The position numbers and the translations under genes were made by a program. The notes below the pieces were generated by a model, which saw only the letters and a list, made by a program, of their open reading frames with translations, made no database searches and had not been told where the DNA came from. From a virus (taxonomy: Duplodnaviria > Caudoviricetes), in the IMG/VR virus record IMGVR_UViG_3300030419_002488, positions 1 through 56,244 of that record: a DNA stretch of 56,244 bases; one strand, given 5' to 3'. Positions 20,301 through 29,708 of the stretch are shown here, one piece after another. Within the stretch, counting starts at the first letter, position 1. Each line of letters begins with the position of its first letter.

Positions 20301-22143
20301 TTTAGGTGAAAGTGCAACTTACTTAGATATTGCTTTACATTTAAGTAGACAAGAAGGTTCAACTTTAAAACCATTTCAAGGTAAACCTTTTGAATTAGAA
20401 GAAATGAGAAGACATTTTATGGGAGTTGCAAGAAGACTAGAAAACTCTAATCCCTCGTTAAGTAATAAATACAACGAATACGCAAATAAAATAGATACTT
20501 TATTAAAAACAGATAAAGTAAAATACGAAAAAATTACTCAAGCAAGAAAACAATATCAAGCATTAAGATTTGATCCTAAACGTAAAGGTTCGTATGGGGA
20601 TGAGTTAGATAACGCTAGAATAGGACCTGCCTATGTTGACCAAAACCCTGATGGGTATAAATACCCTTACAAGAAGGGATTTCTACCTGAAAATTTCCAC
20701 GATGGTTTTGGAAAAAACATAGACGGTCTACTACAAGGTACGTTAAAATCAACAGATGAATTAAAAACCCAAATGGAACAATTAGTAAGATTTTGGGCAA
20801 GAGGAGATAATGCTCCCCCCCTTGTATTTGATGTAAGCACACCTCAAGGAAGAAAAAAACTTAAAGTTGTTAGTCAGCTTGTTAAAATGAGTTTATATGA
20901 ACATTGGGGTGAAGCTCGAAAAGCCGTTGTAGAAAAATTAAAAGCACAAGCTAAAGAAGGAATTAAAATTAAAGCTTCGGATTATAATTTTACGGCGGCG
21001 GATAATATTAATAAATTACAAGATGTTTTTGTTGTTAACGTTAAAACTGCAGATGGAGAAATTCAACCTCGAACATTAGTTGATGTAGGTGATATTGTAG
21101 CTGAAGAAAAAGAACTTATGACTTTAATGGAATTAAGTGGTGATATGCAAAAAAGGTATGATAAATTAGCTAGAGATATAAATAGTACAGGGGGATTACT
21201 TAAAGAAAAAGCAATGAAAGAAATTAGTATACAAGAAAAAGGTGTAAAAGAGTTAGATAAAATAATTGGCTCTGATTCAATGCAGATATATAACAATTAT
21301 GTTTATAAAAAACCTCCTAGTATGATGTTAGCACTTAAAGAACAATATGTTGATACTAAACTAGCGGCTTTAGGAGATACCGTAGATACGGAAACTCTTA
21401 TGACAAGTCGCCTTGTGTTTGAAAAAGAATTTGATCAAGGTATGCTGTACCATGTTATGAACGCCCTTCAAGAAAGATCAGAATTAAAAAGAAGCCCTAA
21501 AACTTTAACTGGTTTTGATGGTGATCAATTTAATTTAATGACTATGGATAATGCAGGACAACTTGCATCTGATTTAAGTGAAGAGTCTACTCAACAAATT
21601 TTAAAACAGCTTGGGTTTACACAAGACCACGTTCAGCACGTACAAGACATAGCTCGATACATGGAATTTGCACAAGGATCATCTCTTGCAAGATATGATT
21701 TACAAGGAAATGTAAGATCTATATCTCCTAACGAATTAATTAGTCGTGCCTTTAACTTAGCAAGAGGAATGGTTAGTCCAACTTATGTTGCGGGTGAAAT
21801 GGGTGTTAGATTAGCAATGTCAAAAAATATTCAAATAATGAATCTAGCGGCTCAAAGTAAGGAAGCAGCAAGCATAATGCTTGACATGCTTAAAAACCCT
21901 AGAGCAGTATCACCAGATAGAGTAAAAACATTTGGAGTATTAGTAAATGAGTTTGTAATTACAGAGTTTACAAGACTTGGTTTAAAAGCTCCACAGTTTT
22001 TACCTCAAGACGACATTATGGCTGCACGTATGCAACAAAAGGAATTTTCGTTTGATTCGTTTAAACACCTATTTAAAGGTAGAAAGCCACAACCTATTGA
22101 AAGAGAATACATAACTCAACCATTAAGTGCCGTAAAAAGTTAA
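17356..22143 (+). CDS. Very large internal virion (ejection) protein
   Basis: 1595 aa helical, last large gene of the structural operon (T7 gp16-like position). Confidence 0.65.
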   Translation: MEILSKDMINTENENNETEKNVVVEPEKKVVETDTTTTDTTTTDTTTEDKNPLSSQYAGYYEDSSDTTTTNADNEVEVNVNVDPSELPTANLSDPNLKNIVKKDLALQKEDQTITLDKVLSGEINFVNNKEINPIIREKANQGDAKSLLYLESQVNQAKNVDKEVTIGGVRKKEVSIDPRLQPIPEQHSESLKAYAEGRLLVLNALRKNNPATNEPYVVDTDVQQLIVDYFSTGNFYTEMSRRFAQSGRGITLLPVLLNMAYNLAGATKDAFDLPEDVQKYFFGEVEDETFEKSWESRQAGMAEFYSRYKTTVEKVFSGLTAAQGINDDLKEKYIERHGIDQYNEFYTIKNPEGKVIDMPIISTEVGEELYRLGFQELPLAQRFAAMIIENVGFGGLLAKLKVKKGQLQMQDITDLKTSNPTRYKNLSPIEVLRVSKIDNATNAFTKAYHQTIATLGRKFKARGAVAAHQIDLNRKNTLELMDKQIDDLKNQLNNTSLLRRERDLINSKIENIQSQKAKYIFPYARKTFVKTVMKDEIVMGLGQGFGYEIANYFGFSTDAGEFFGAMSTAIQAPQFLIRKGIGIPAGWVNRWTGGAVSNFAATIEALPFIPKGAFIDRRFDTLRDEMGEALTGKQRLAIEKIAEIIKDLSPDKRELVWQSINEYQQLRTRILNHFKDPEKKEKARKLFSLQFSHVTGLAPLIALERRAAVKLSANGKNLDEAIEYQLQSENAMAAATEAMENLKIMLKEEVGVDITDRTLVADFAENFKDASIKFERNVNETKIEYLKLLNDFKDKMLSNPELPLDENLITRLAEMEVKVTRGATDDIEKQREIYQKVTEQVTEALNKRSENIIALRGKPGYKKRMGRWIEDVYDVMEDNLQNQSRLIYKPIDDMEGEYDLTSLVDDMLDKKENLDSNILRSKFGADGEFFKGKSGRYARQAFDAMAKRAIIKDLGLDGKEWAELVTYHTSPATLKNFPDDFLGESATYLDIALHLSRQEGSTLKPFQGKPFELEEMRRHFMGVARRLENSNPSLSNKYNEYANKIDTLLKTDKVKYEKITQARKQYQALRFDPKRKGSYGDELDNARIGPAYVDQNPDGYKYPYKKGFLPENFHDGFGKNIDGLLQGTLKSTDELKTQMEQLVRFWARGDNAPPLVFDVSTPQGRKKLKVVSQLVKMSLYEHWGEARKAVVEKLKAQAKEGIKIKASDYNFTAADNINKLQDVFVVNVKTADGEIQPRTLVDVGDIVAEEKELMTLMELSGDMQKRYDKLARDINSTGGLLKEKAMKEISIQEKGVKELDKIIGSDSMQIYNNYVYKKPPSMMLALKEQYVDTKLAALGDTVDTETLMTSRLVFEKEFDQGMLYHVMNALQERSELKRSPKTLTGFDGDQFNLMTMDNAGQLASDLSEESTQQILKQLGFTQDHVQHVQDIARYMEFAQGSSLARYDLQGNVRSISPNELISRAFNLARGMVSPTYVAGEMGVRLAMSKNIQIMNLAAQSKEAASIMLDMLKNPRAVSPDRVKTFGVLVNEFVITEFTRLGLKAPQFLPQDDIMAARMQQKEFSFDSFKHLFKGRKPQPIEREYITQPLSAVKS
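17452..17496 (+). repeat. 15-nt tandem repeat x3 (TDTTT)
   Basis: ACAGATACAACTACA three perfect copies, in frame. Confidence 0.95.
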
Positions 22144-22158
22144 AAAGGAGAAAAACTA

Positions 22159-22365
22159 ATGAAAATGTATAACAACGGACAACGCCCTGCTAAAATGTAC
22201 GGTGGGGGAATGGCGTGGAGAAAACCTATGCAAATGGGTGGACTTGCTCAACAAAACAGAAGAATGACAGTCGGCTCTGCGGGTATGCAAAACCCAATGG
22301 GAACAATGACTGATAAAAAACGATACGACATGGGTATGAAAAAAGGTGGTAAAGTAAAATACTAA
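22159..22365 (+). CDS. Small Met/Gly/Lys-rich protein with MxxGG repeats
   Basis: AAGGAG RBS; MYGGG, MQMGG, MKKGGKV. Confidence 0.75.
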   Translation: MKMYNNGQRPAKMYGGGMAWRKPMQMGGLAQQNRRMTVGSAGMQNPMGTMTDKKRYDMGMKKGGKVKY

Positions 22366-22586
22366 ATGTAATTACGTGACCCACTCATTATATCATCTCC
22401 ACACTTTCGTAAATATCTAAGAAGTGATGCAACCTGACTCGTGCCTGTATACATAGGTAATCCCGAGTTTAACTCTTTTTCTAAATCTTCGGGTTTGACT
22501 GCTTCATAATTCATCTCAACATTACCATCCTTATTCAGATAGGCTTCTATTGAAAATAATTTCGCTTTGACTTTACTTAATTTCAT
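22362..22586 (-). CDS. Hypothetical protein
   Basis: Likely start MKLSKVK; last gene of the minus-strand operon. Confidence 0.65.
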   Translation of the reverse strand: MKLSKVKAKLFSIEAYLNKDGNVEMNYEAVKPEDLEKELNSGLPMYTGTSQVASLLRYLRKCGDDIMSGSRNYI

Positions 22587-23058
22587 AAACTGAATCCAAT
22601 TCACCTATTTTTAAATTATAACAATCCGCCTTAAAAACAAATCCATTATCAGAATCAACTTGACCCTTCCTATACAAAGTAGCTTTATTGTAAAAGTCTG
22701 CTTTAGAAATCCCCCCAAGAATCCAAGCTTTACGTAAATCACACAATAAGCGAACAAACACATACGCATCACAATCTTGTTCCGTTCCGTGTAACGCTAC
22801 AGAACAATCATAATTAGGCATAGGTTTTGTGTTGCAACGTTTTGTTTTAACATCTATCCGTTTACCTTCTTTAACTAAATCGTAATGATATGTGTTAACT
22901 TCTTTCGCCTTAATACTATCAGCAACAATCACCTCTCCTATCGCCCCTACAACGTTACTAGAGCCACCTGTAATACTTCCCTGAAGGATGCCCATCTGGG
23001 AAGCCTTTTCCCTCGCACGGAGCATGTGTTCGTCACTAATCGGTATCTCAATAATCAT
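22573..23058 (-). CDS. PD-(D/E)XK-fold nuclease-like protein
   Basis: GAIGE...YD....RIDVKT motif. Confidence 0.5.
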   Translation of the reverse strand: MIIEIPISDEHMLRAREKASQMGILQGSITGGSSNVVGAIGEVIVADSIKAKEVNTYHYDLVKEGKRIDVKTKRCNTKPMPNYDCSVALHGTEQDCDAYVFVRLLCDLRKAWILGGISKADFYNKATLYRKGQVDSDNGFVFKADCYNLKIGELDSVYEIK

Positions 23059-24987
23059 TTACGATGCACTCAAGTCCACAACTTCACAGGCATCTGCAGT
23101 ACACGCAAGTTCTCGAGATCCACTTGTATTATCCTCTTTTTCGTAAGAAGAAAACTTATCCCAATCTAAAGTCGGGGGAACAATATTCTTCCACTCATTA
23201 TATTCATCAACATCTATATCTTGGTATGGTGCTTGTTTGTACGTATGATCACTAAAGGGTAGAAAGGAAACCCCTGAAGCTATATCAAAATTCCTGTACA
23301 TCCAAGCACCCACTTCCATCCACTCTTTCTCTTTTACAGAGATAGTAACAGATGGCTTGTGTTCACACCACAAGTCTGCATATAATTTCCACAACTCAAG
23401 TTGTTCAATTGCACTCATTTCAGTTCGAGTAATTGCACCGCTTGGAGATTGCATCGGAAAAGAAAAAACAGTTACACTATCTGGTTTAGTAATATCTGGT
23501 TCATTAGGAACACCTTCCTTTTTCATAAACTCTGTTAGCGGATCTTTGTTATCCCCCCTCACAGTTCTTACGTAAAAATCGTTGTGTCTTGCGTGAATAC
23601 CAGAAGACGCATCTACAAGTTGTGATACTGTTCCACTAGGCTTAACACAAGTAATTGCCGTTGATTGTGGTATACCTATTGCCTTTGCGTATTGTTTATT
23701 TGTATCTATTGCAACCTGTCTCATTTCTTGTAGCCAAATTTTAGAATCTACTGTCCTAGATAGAATACCATGATCCATAATACCTGTCAAGGAAACACCA
23801 AGTAACCTTTCTTCTTCTGTGTTGTTTTTCCATATTTTTCGTAAATATTTAAGATCTGTTAAGGTAGACTGGAATGTTCCTAGTATTGTTGCAACTCTTA
23901 CTTTGCTACGTAAGGTTTGTAAATCATCTGTCTGTCTAACTACAACCTCTGACAGATTACAAAACTGATAAGGTCGAAGTATAATCTCTGAACATGGATT
24001 TGTTCCCCACATGTGTCCAACTTCTCTCCTACCATTCTTTGCGACCTGTTTGTCAGCAGCCTGCCTGTTAAACATACCCCGTTCCCCAGACTTTGACTCA
24101 TACAAAGCTAACCATTCTCTCATGTAAGTATCCATGTCTGGCTTGCCTTTATACGCAATAGAGTTGTTTGCTAATGCTCTTTGTCCATTTGCGTTCCACC
24201 ATTCTCCTGCTTTAGCGTGTCTCATTTGATCATCTCCTAGATTAGATAGACTAATCAACGCTGATCTTCTCACACCACCAACAACAACAACCTCGCCAAT
24301 TTTGCACATAATGTCGTGGCACTCTACACAATAAAGTTTGCGACCTCTTGCCTTTTTAAACTTACGAACAGTAAACTCAAATAAATTAACCAATGGGTCT
24401 GCCCCTGATGCTCTACCCCCCATAACTTTTAATCTTGCACCCGCAGGTCTAATCTTGGACACATCCCAAGATGGAATCATCCCTGAATAGAGTAGTGCAA
24501 CCAATTCTCTGTATGCCTTTGCCCAACCTACTTTACTATCGTCAACAACAATAACAACATCAGACTTTTGCATACACTCACTAATTACAGGTAGTTTATC
24601 TATGTTTTCTCGTTCTACAGAAAACCCCACACCTGTTCCACACATAAGTATATACATGGCTTCATCAAATGAACGTGGACTATCTACAGGAAGATAGCTA
24701 CAATTATAACCACACACATTATCTCTTTCAAGTGCTTCTCCTGCCGTCATCATTGCCCTCATAGAAGGCATTACAGATAGATTAGTTATATATTCTGTAA
24801 TTATATCCTTGTCGGCTTTTGATATTTTATAATCGTGCTTTTCTTTTAAAGATTTCTCCATAAAAGAAACATATCTATTTACAGTTTCATCCCAATTTTC
24901 TCTGCGATTTTCTGCGTCAATCCATCTTGCGTATCTCGATTTATGTATAAATTGTTGATACGATGTAGGTAAACTATTACTACTCAT
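23059..24987 (-). CDS. nrdJ: Class II (adenosylcobalamin-dependent) ribonucleotide reductase
   Basis: YNCSY, GTGVGF, GGVRRSA, TNPCSEI, TCVKPSGTVS, C-term CTADAC; no beta subunit gene nearby. Confidence 0.92.
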   Translation of the reverse strand: MSSNSLPTSYQQFIHKSRYARWIDAENRRENWDETVNRYVSFMEKSLKEKHDYKISKADKDIITEYITNLSVMPSMRAMMTAGEALERDNVCGYNCSYLPVDSPRSFDEAMYILMCGTGVGFSVERENIDKLPVISECMQKSDVVIVVDDSKVGWAKAYRELVALLYSGMIPSWDVSKIRPAGARLKVMGGRASGADPLVNLFEFTVRKFKKARGRKLYCVECHDIMCKIGEVVVVGGVRRSALISLSNLGDDQMRHAKAGEWWNANGQRALANNSIAYKGKPDMDTYMREWLALYESKSGERGMFNRQAADKQVAKNGRREVGHMWGTNPCSEIILRPYQFCNLSEVVVRQTDDLQTLRSKVRVATILGTFQSTLTDLKYLRKIWKNNTEEERLLGVSLTGIMDHGILSRTVDSKIWLQEMRQVAIDTNKQYAKAIGIPQSTAITCVKPSGTVSQLVDASSGIHARHNDFYVRTVRGDNKDPLTEFMKKEGVPNEPDITKPDSVTVFSFPMQSPSGAITRTEMSAIEQLELWKLYADLWCEHKPSVTISVKEKEWMEVGAWMYRNFDIASGVSFLPFSDHTYKQAPYQDIDVDEYNEWKNIVPPTLDWDKFSSYEKEDNTSGSRELACTADACEVVDLSAS

Positions 24988-25303
24988 TACTATTCCTTTC
25001 TTTTATATTTATAAGTCTATCAAGATACCATCGTGCTTTCTTTAAATCTTCTGCCCCATTTTTATATCTATATCTCCACAAGTATTTTAATATGTTGCCC
25101 TGCAAATAATATTCAAATCCCGCCCCCGTTGCAGATTCAATAGCTTCGATAGTCTCGATAGTAGCGTTGTTATAATGTGGCGGGTGATTTACCATATCAG
25201 CCTTACCTTTGCCCGTTAAATATTTGGGCGGAATATTTTCTTCATTTTTCATATTCTCATATACCTCACTAATTCTTTGCCTTATCATTTCTCTGTATTT
25301 CAT
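24980..25303 (-). CDS. DUF3310 / T7 gp1.7-like nucleotide kinase family protein
   Basis: DMVNHPPHY...GNILKYLWRY..KNG.EDL.KA.WYL. Confidence 0.85.
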   Translation of the reverse strand: MKYREMIRQRISEVYENMKNEENIPPKYLTGKGKADMVNHPPHYNNATIETIEAIESATGAGFEYYLQGNILKYLWRYRYKNGAEDLKKARWYLDRLINIKERNSNE

Positions 25304-25307
25304 ATCA

Positions 25308-25655
25308 TTAATCTTTACCAAAATCAACTTCAATTACATTATCTCTATATTTTGGTTTTGTTTGGTGTGTATTATCTTTCATCTCATTAAACAACCTGCC
25401 AGTTGTATATTTAAACGCCAATTCAGACATACCAAAATTATACAGATCTTCTCCTTTTGTTTGCAACAACCCTACGAGTCCTTCGTGCATAACTGATGCT
25501 ACAGAGTGATCCATCTCATTTCTGTAATTTGTATTTGTTGTATCGTAGGCTACCATTTCAAATTTACCATCTTCCATGTCTGTCAAAATAATATAATAGT
25601 GACCTTTCTTTAAGTCAAATTGTCTCATCTTTTTTTTAATTTCTTCTTCATCCAT
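25308..25655 (-). CDS. Hypothetical protein
   Basis: Operon context; C-term NVIEVDF. Confidence 0.7.
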   Translation of the reverse strand: MDEEEIKKKMRQFDLKKGHYYIILTDMEDGKFEMVAYDTTNTNYRNEMDHSVASVMHEGLVGLLQTKGEDLYNFGMSELAFKYTTGRLFNEMKDNTHQTKPKYRDNVIEVDFGKD

Positions 25656-26019
25656 TTTTAAACCACTCCATAGGTATTGTTCCCTCTGCCCACGTAAAAT
25701 CGTATCTGTTACACCAATCAGCGTAAGTTGTTTTACTTCCTCTATATATTCTGTTACGTGCGTTCATAAATACAAAACGAATATCCAAATCTTTGTGTTG
25801 ATCTTTTACAAGAACCATCTTTACTCTATCTGCCTTATCAAGATGCCCTTTTGCTTCAATAAATATATCTGTATCGGGTAAATAAAAATCTGGAGTGTAT
25901 GTTCTTACTTTAGGAACGTAAAGGAATTTTTTTGATTCGTATTCAAATTTTACTTTGTTGTTAGCCAACACTTTTGCTAACTCCAATTCAAACTTTGATC
26001 TGTATTTTACTCTTTTCAT
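25648..26019 (-). CDS. T7 endonuclease I-like Holliday junction resolvase
   Basis: YRSKFE, YTPDF, IEAKG, LDIRFVF, KTTYADWC; start moved to ATG at 26019. Confidence 0.9.
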   Translation of the reverse strand: MKRVKYRSKFELELAKVLANNKVKFEYESKKFLYVPKVRTYTPDFYLPDTDIFIEAKGHLDKADRVKMVLVKDQHKDLDIRFVFMNARNRIYRGSKTTYADWCNRYDFTWAEGTIPMEWFKNG

Positions 26020-26408
26020 TTCTTTAATTTCATCCGTAAGTTTAAAGATTCCATTCTTGTGTTTATGTATCCTGCTAGTCTTATAGATTGTTTTTCTATT
26101 GTAATAAGTTCTTTTGTTAGGTGGTACATCGGTAGGCATATCATCTTTCCGTAACTCAAAGCTTGACTAATTGCTTGAAATTCATTTTCTATTCTTACTA
26201 TATCCCGTTGTTCAGTGGCTGAAGTGAGAGTGCCGTTTTCTGAAAAGTTTTCACGAAGAGTAAGGGGAATACCTCTTTCATGTTGACGTAAGAAAACGAC
26301 ATCTCTACCGCCCCCCGCTTCACGGTGGGATTCTATATAGACGTGGTACAAAGTTTCATTGTGTTCCATCAGTTCTATCAAATAACTATGTGAGTATATA
26401 ATTGACAT
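26016..26408 (-). CDS. Hypothetical protein
   Basis: Coupled to both neighbours. Confidence 0.65.
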   Translation of the reverse strand: MSIIYSHSYLIELMEHNETLYHVYIESHREAGGGRDVVFLRQHERGIPLTLRENFSENGTLTSATEQRDIVRIENEFQAISQALSYGKMICLPMYHLTKELITIEKQSIRLAGYINTRMESLNLRMKLKK

Positions 26409-27299
26409 CTATACTACTTTCTTTTTTAATCTTGAATACCACGCTTGAGGTGGGTGCTTTGCTCGTGATGTTACTTTGTTGTGTAACACGGCATCTTTCC
26501 AACAATACTTTTTAAACCCACACATATTACAAGGTTTAGGTAATAATTTATTTCCTGTTCTGACATCTTCCCCTTTATCTCTGTAAGTTTCAAATACATC
26601 TTTGTAAGGAACAACAAACTCCTTATCAGGATTAGTTAATATCTTTATTCTTTTCTTTGCATCTTCTAAATATTCTTTTCTGTCTTCATCTTGCCATTCT
26701 GGTGCTTCAACAACTGCTACTTCGCCACTAGACTTATTAATTGCTATCCACCCGCCAAACGGCAATCCCGTTGCTTCGCCATACAAATGACCTTGCATGA
26801 TGTATCCAAACGGATCATCTTCTTTTATTTTATTGTAACCACCATACCCCGTATACTTATATTTAAATGCCCAGTCACTTGCTGATTTAATATCCCAAAC
26901 TTTCTCTTGTCCTAGTTCATCTCTTATAATTAAATCAAGTGTTCCCGTAACTTCTGTTCCTTCAATGTTTAATTTAACTGCTTTTTGTTTTGCAACAACA
27001 TCAACTCCTGCCCGTTCTAAAATAAGAACGGCTATAGATTCAACAATATCCCCGAACAAAAACCTGAACAAAAGATTGTATTCTGTTTCTTGCTTAATAC
27101 CTTGACGTTCAAGGAGTTGCTGACAAATGGGTCTACCTAACCCAGACATACGTATTTTGTATTCTTTAGTTTTATTAAGTTGAATAAGAACGGACTCTGT
27201 GCAGGAATCAGCAAAGTCTTTGGTTGCTTCAGGGGGAATATTAACTTCCCCCCTACTTGCCCGTTCCATATAGTCTTGGATTTTAAGCGTTAGCAGCAT
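26409..27299 (-). CDS. PD-(D/E)XK (Cas4/RecB-like) exonuclease
   Basis: RMSGLGRPIC, GTLD, WDIKSAS, Y..Q..LY, CxxC+C cluster. Confidence 0.8.
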   Translation of the reverse strand: MLLTLKIQDYMERASRGEVNIPPEATKDFADSCTESVLIQLNKTKEYKIRMSGLGRPICQQLLERQGIKQETEYNLLFRFLFGDIVESIAVLILERAGVDVVAKQKAVKLNIEGTEVTGTLDLIIRDELGQEKVWDIKSASDWAFKYKYTGYGGYNKIKEDDPFGYIMQGHLYGEATGLPFGGWIAINKSSGEVAVVEAPEWQDEDRKEYLEDAKKRIKILTNPDKEFVVPYKDVFETYRDKGEDVRTGNKLLPKPCNMCGFKKYCWKDAVLHNKVTSRAKHPPQAWYSRLKKKVV

Positions 27300-28140
27300 T
27301 ATTGAAATCGCCTGCCAAGTCATCATCTCCTGCGGGAGATTTTAGTTTAGTTGCTTCTCTGTATTGATTCATAATGTTCTCGTTATGAGCCTTAACAGTT
27401 TCGGCAAACTTTTTCATTAACGCCTTATCATCATCTGTTATTTCACATTCAGAAGAAAGAGTAGGAACTGGAATCCAATACGTAACTGATCCTTTCTTTT
27501 GCTTGCTTGTTGCTAACTTAATCCAAACCTTTTGCATAATCTTTTTTTGCTTGGTTAAGCTATTAATAAAATTACTCATGGGTATAAACCCTGAACGCTT
27601 AAAGTATGCAACTACTGGATGATTTGTAAGCTCGACATTTTCTTTGTTACCCTTTTTAAAAGAGCCACTAACCATACCATATATTACTTGGTTGCAAACC
27701 GCAGAACGTGATTTTAACCTCAAGGGATCATCATCTTTCAATTTTTCTTCTTCTTCTCCAGACAATCTTCCACACTTACTTCCACCTTCTGTATCAGGAA
27801 AATCCCCCGACATAGTTGGTTTCTGTACAGACTTACAAGAAAATGCACCTTCGTCAGCATCGAACATACTCCATTCAAACGTTCGTAAGATTGGTCGGAA
27901 GTTGATTTCTTTGGCGTATAAATACTCGCCGTCAACAAATACTTTCCAATCTCCTCGTGTTAAGGTTACACCATCTTCAGTCTCGGTGTCGTAATTTATA
28001 TTTATTCGTGATAATCCTTCACGCCTACCAGAGCTACTGCCTTGACCAGTCATCTCCATTAGAGCTTCAGTATTATCCGCACTAAAAGCATCAACAATTT
28101 GATTCATTTCAGTGTCTATAGTTTGTAAATTATTATCCAT
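27283..28140 (-). CDS. Putative ssDNA-binding / annealing protein
   Basis: Position between PolA and exonuclease; acidic C-terminal tail DDDLAGDF. Confidence 0.55.
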   Translation of the reverse strand: MDNNLQTIDTEMNQIVDAFSADNTEALMEMTGQGSSSGRREGLSRININYDTETEDGVTLTRGDWKVFVDGEYLYAKEINFRPILRTFEWSMFDADEGAFSCKSVQKPTMSGDFPDTEGGSKCGRLSGEEEEKLKDDDPLRLKSRSAVCNQVIYGMVSGSFKKGNKENVELTNHPVVAYFKRSGFIPMSNFINSLTKQKKIMQKVWIKLATSKQKKGSVTYWIPVPTLSSECEITDDDKALMKKFAETVKAHNENIMNQYREATKLKSPAGDDDLAGDFNNAANA

Positions 28141-28184
28141 AAATTTTTCCTTTTCTGTTTATTTAAGGTTAATGTAATTAGAGA

Positions 28185-29708
28185 CTACGAATTAACTTCT
28201 AATAAGTCAAGCCAATTCTTACCTATTTTTAATTCTATACCAACTGGCATATCATACTCAACTCCATACCTGCGTTTTGTCTCCGTTGGTAAACATAGCA
28301 TAGAGTCTTTAAGTATCTGAATACATTGATCTTTTTCGTCTGGGTGAACATCAATCACAATAGAATCGTGAACGGTATTACAAATTTTTGATTTCATATT
28401 TCTCATTGCCTTGTCCAACTTAACTAATGCAATGGGTAATAAATCAGCAGTTGCAAAACCTTGAACAGGATAGTTACAAATGGCAGTTCTGTTCGTTGCT
28501 GAACCCCACTCTGTCCATCTAGCATCTGGGAAAGAATACTCTCTTCCTGATGGTAATTTAACTACTTTATTTGTTACTGCTTGTTTCTCAAGTTCTTTGT
28601 GCCAATCCGTCACTTTCTCATACTTTTCTTTAAATCTTTGGTAGTATTGTTGTTGACTTCGTGTGCCACTAACACCCCCATACAAAGGTTTAAACGTGTG
28701 TGCTTTTGCTTCTTGTCGGCTACATCCTATAACAGACGCAGTATAGCTATGAACGTCTGTGCCTTCAAGAACATCTTTATAAACTTGTGGGTCTTTAGAT
28801 AAGAACCCCGCTACCCTAAATTCTAATTGAGAATAATCCCCCTCAAGTATAAAACCCCCATCAAATCTACTTTCTACAACTTTTCGTATAGCAAATGTTG
28901 AACCTCGTGGCATATTCTGAAAGTTTGGGTTGCGACTAGATAGACGACCAGTTGCCGTTACACATTGCATAAACTCTGGGTGAATAAAACCATCGTCATC
29001 AACGTTGTTCTTCATCCCCTCTACAAAAGTTGATAGATATGTTCGCAACGCATTGTATCGTGAATACGCCGAACAAAACTCACGAGCATCCCCTTCTAAC
29101 TCGGGCAGTCTATCCTCAAGAGTTGTCTTATCTGTTTTGAATCCTGCTGATGCCGTATCTCGCACCGTTCGAGGTATTATCTTAAACCCTGCAACTTCTC
29201 CTGTTGAAGTGTAAACTACACCCTTACCTAAACAGGTTTTACAAACACGCTTTGCTTTCCCCATAGAACCATCTTTTCTTTTTAAAGTAATTCTACCTGT
29301 TCCAAAACATTCCTTACATTGATTCCCAATTGTTTTGTAAACTATATCAGTCATGTTGCGAACATGTCTTACAAAATCTGTGTGTTTCATACGGGTTCTC
29401 ATCTTTGGTTTTATTGTGTTGCCCCTCATCTCATGACCAAGATTAAATGTAATTGACCAAAGATTTTTATCTTTTACTTTCCTTGAATACAAAAGAACAC
29501 TCTTGTCGTCAGGACTGGCAAGATTAATAGGAGTATCCCCCATAGCTTTCTTTGCCAGTTCACTTAACTTCTTTTCCAACGAAAGCATTTCTGTTTCGTA
29601 TTCTTTTTCTATCTGATCTAAAGTATTCAAGTTTATTTTTAATCCGTTTGTTTCTACCCTAGATAGTGTGTTTACCATCTCAAATGATAGTTTAAGTGTC
29701 TCTTTCAT
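28185..29708 (-). CDS. polA: DNA polymerase family A, polymerase domain with DnaJ-like zinc finger
   Basis: TATGRLSS.NPNFQN, DYSQLEFRV, RQEAKAHTFKPLYG, NYPVQGFA, TVHDSI; CKECFGTG and CKTCLGKG; start MKETLK at 29708. Confidence 0.93.
   Translation of the reverse strand: MKETLKLSFEMVNTLSRVETNGLKINLNTLDQIEKEYETEMLSLEKKLSELAKKAMGDTPINLASPDDKSVLLYSRKVKDKNLWSITFNLGHEMRGNTIKPKMRTRMKHTDFVRHVRNMTDIVYKTIGNQCKECFGTGRITLKRKDGSMGKAKRVCKTCLGKGVVYTSTGEVAGFKIIPRTVRDTASAGFKTDKTTLEDRLPELEGDAREFCSAYSRYNALRTYLSTFVEGMKNNVDDDGFIHPEFMQCVTATGRLSSRNPNFQNMPRGSTFAIRKVVESRFDGGFILEGDYSQLEFRVAGFLSKDPQVYKDVLEGTDVHSYTASVIGCSRQEAKAHTFKPLYGGVSGTRSQQQYYQRFKEKYEKVTDWHKELEKQAVTNKVVKLPSGREYSFPDARWTEWGSATNRTAICNYPVQGFATADLLPIALVKLDKAMRNMKSKICNTVHDSIVIDVHPDEKDQCIQILKDSMLCLPTETKRRYGVEYDMPVGIELKIGKNWLDLLEVNS

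Noticed and set aside
26409-27299. Cas4-like nuclease as evidence of CRISPR-Cas
   Set aside because: Solo PD-(D/E)XK exonucleases are normal in phage replication modules, and no array is present.
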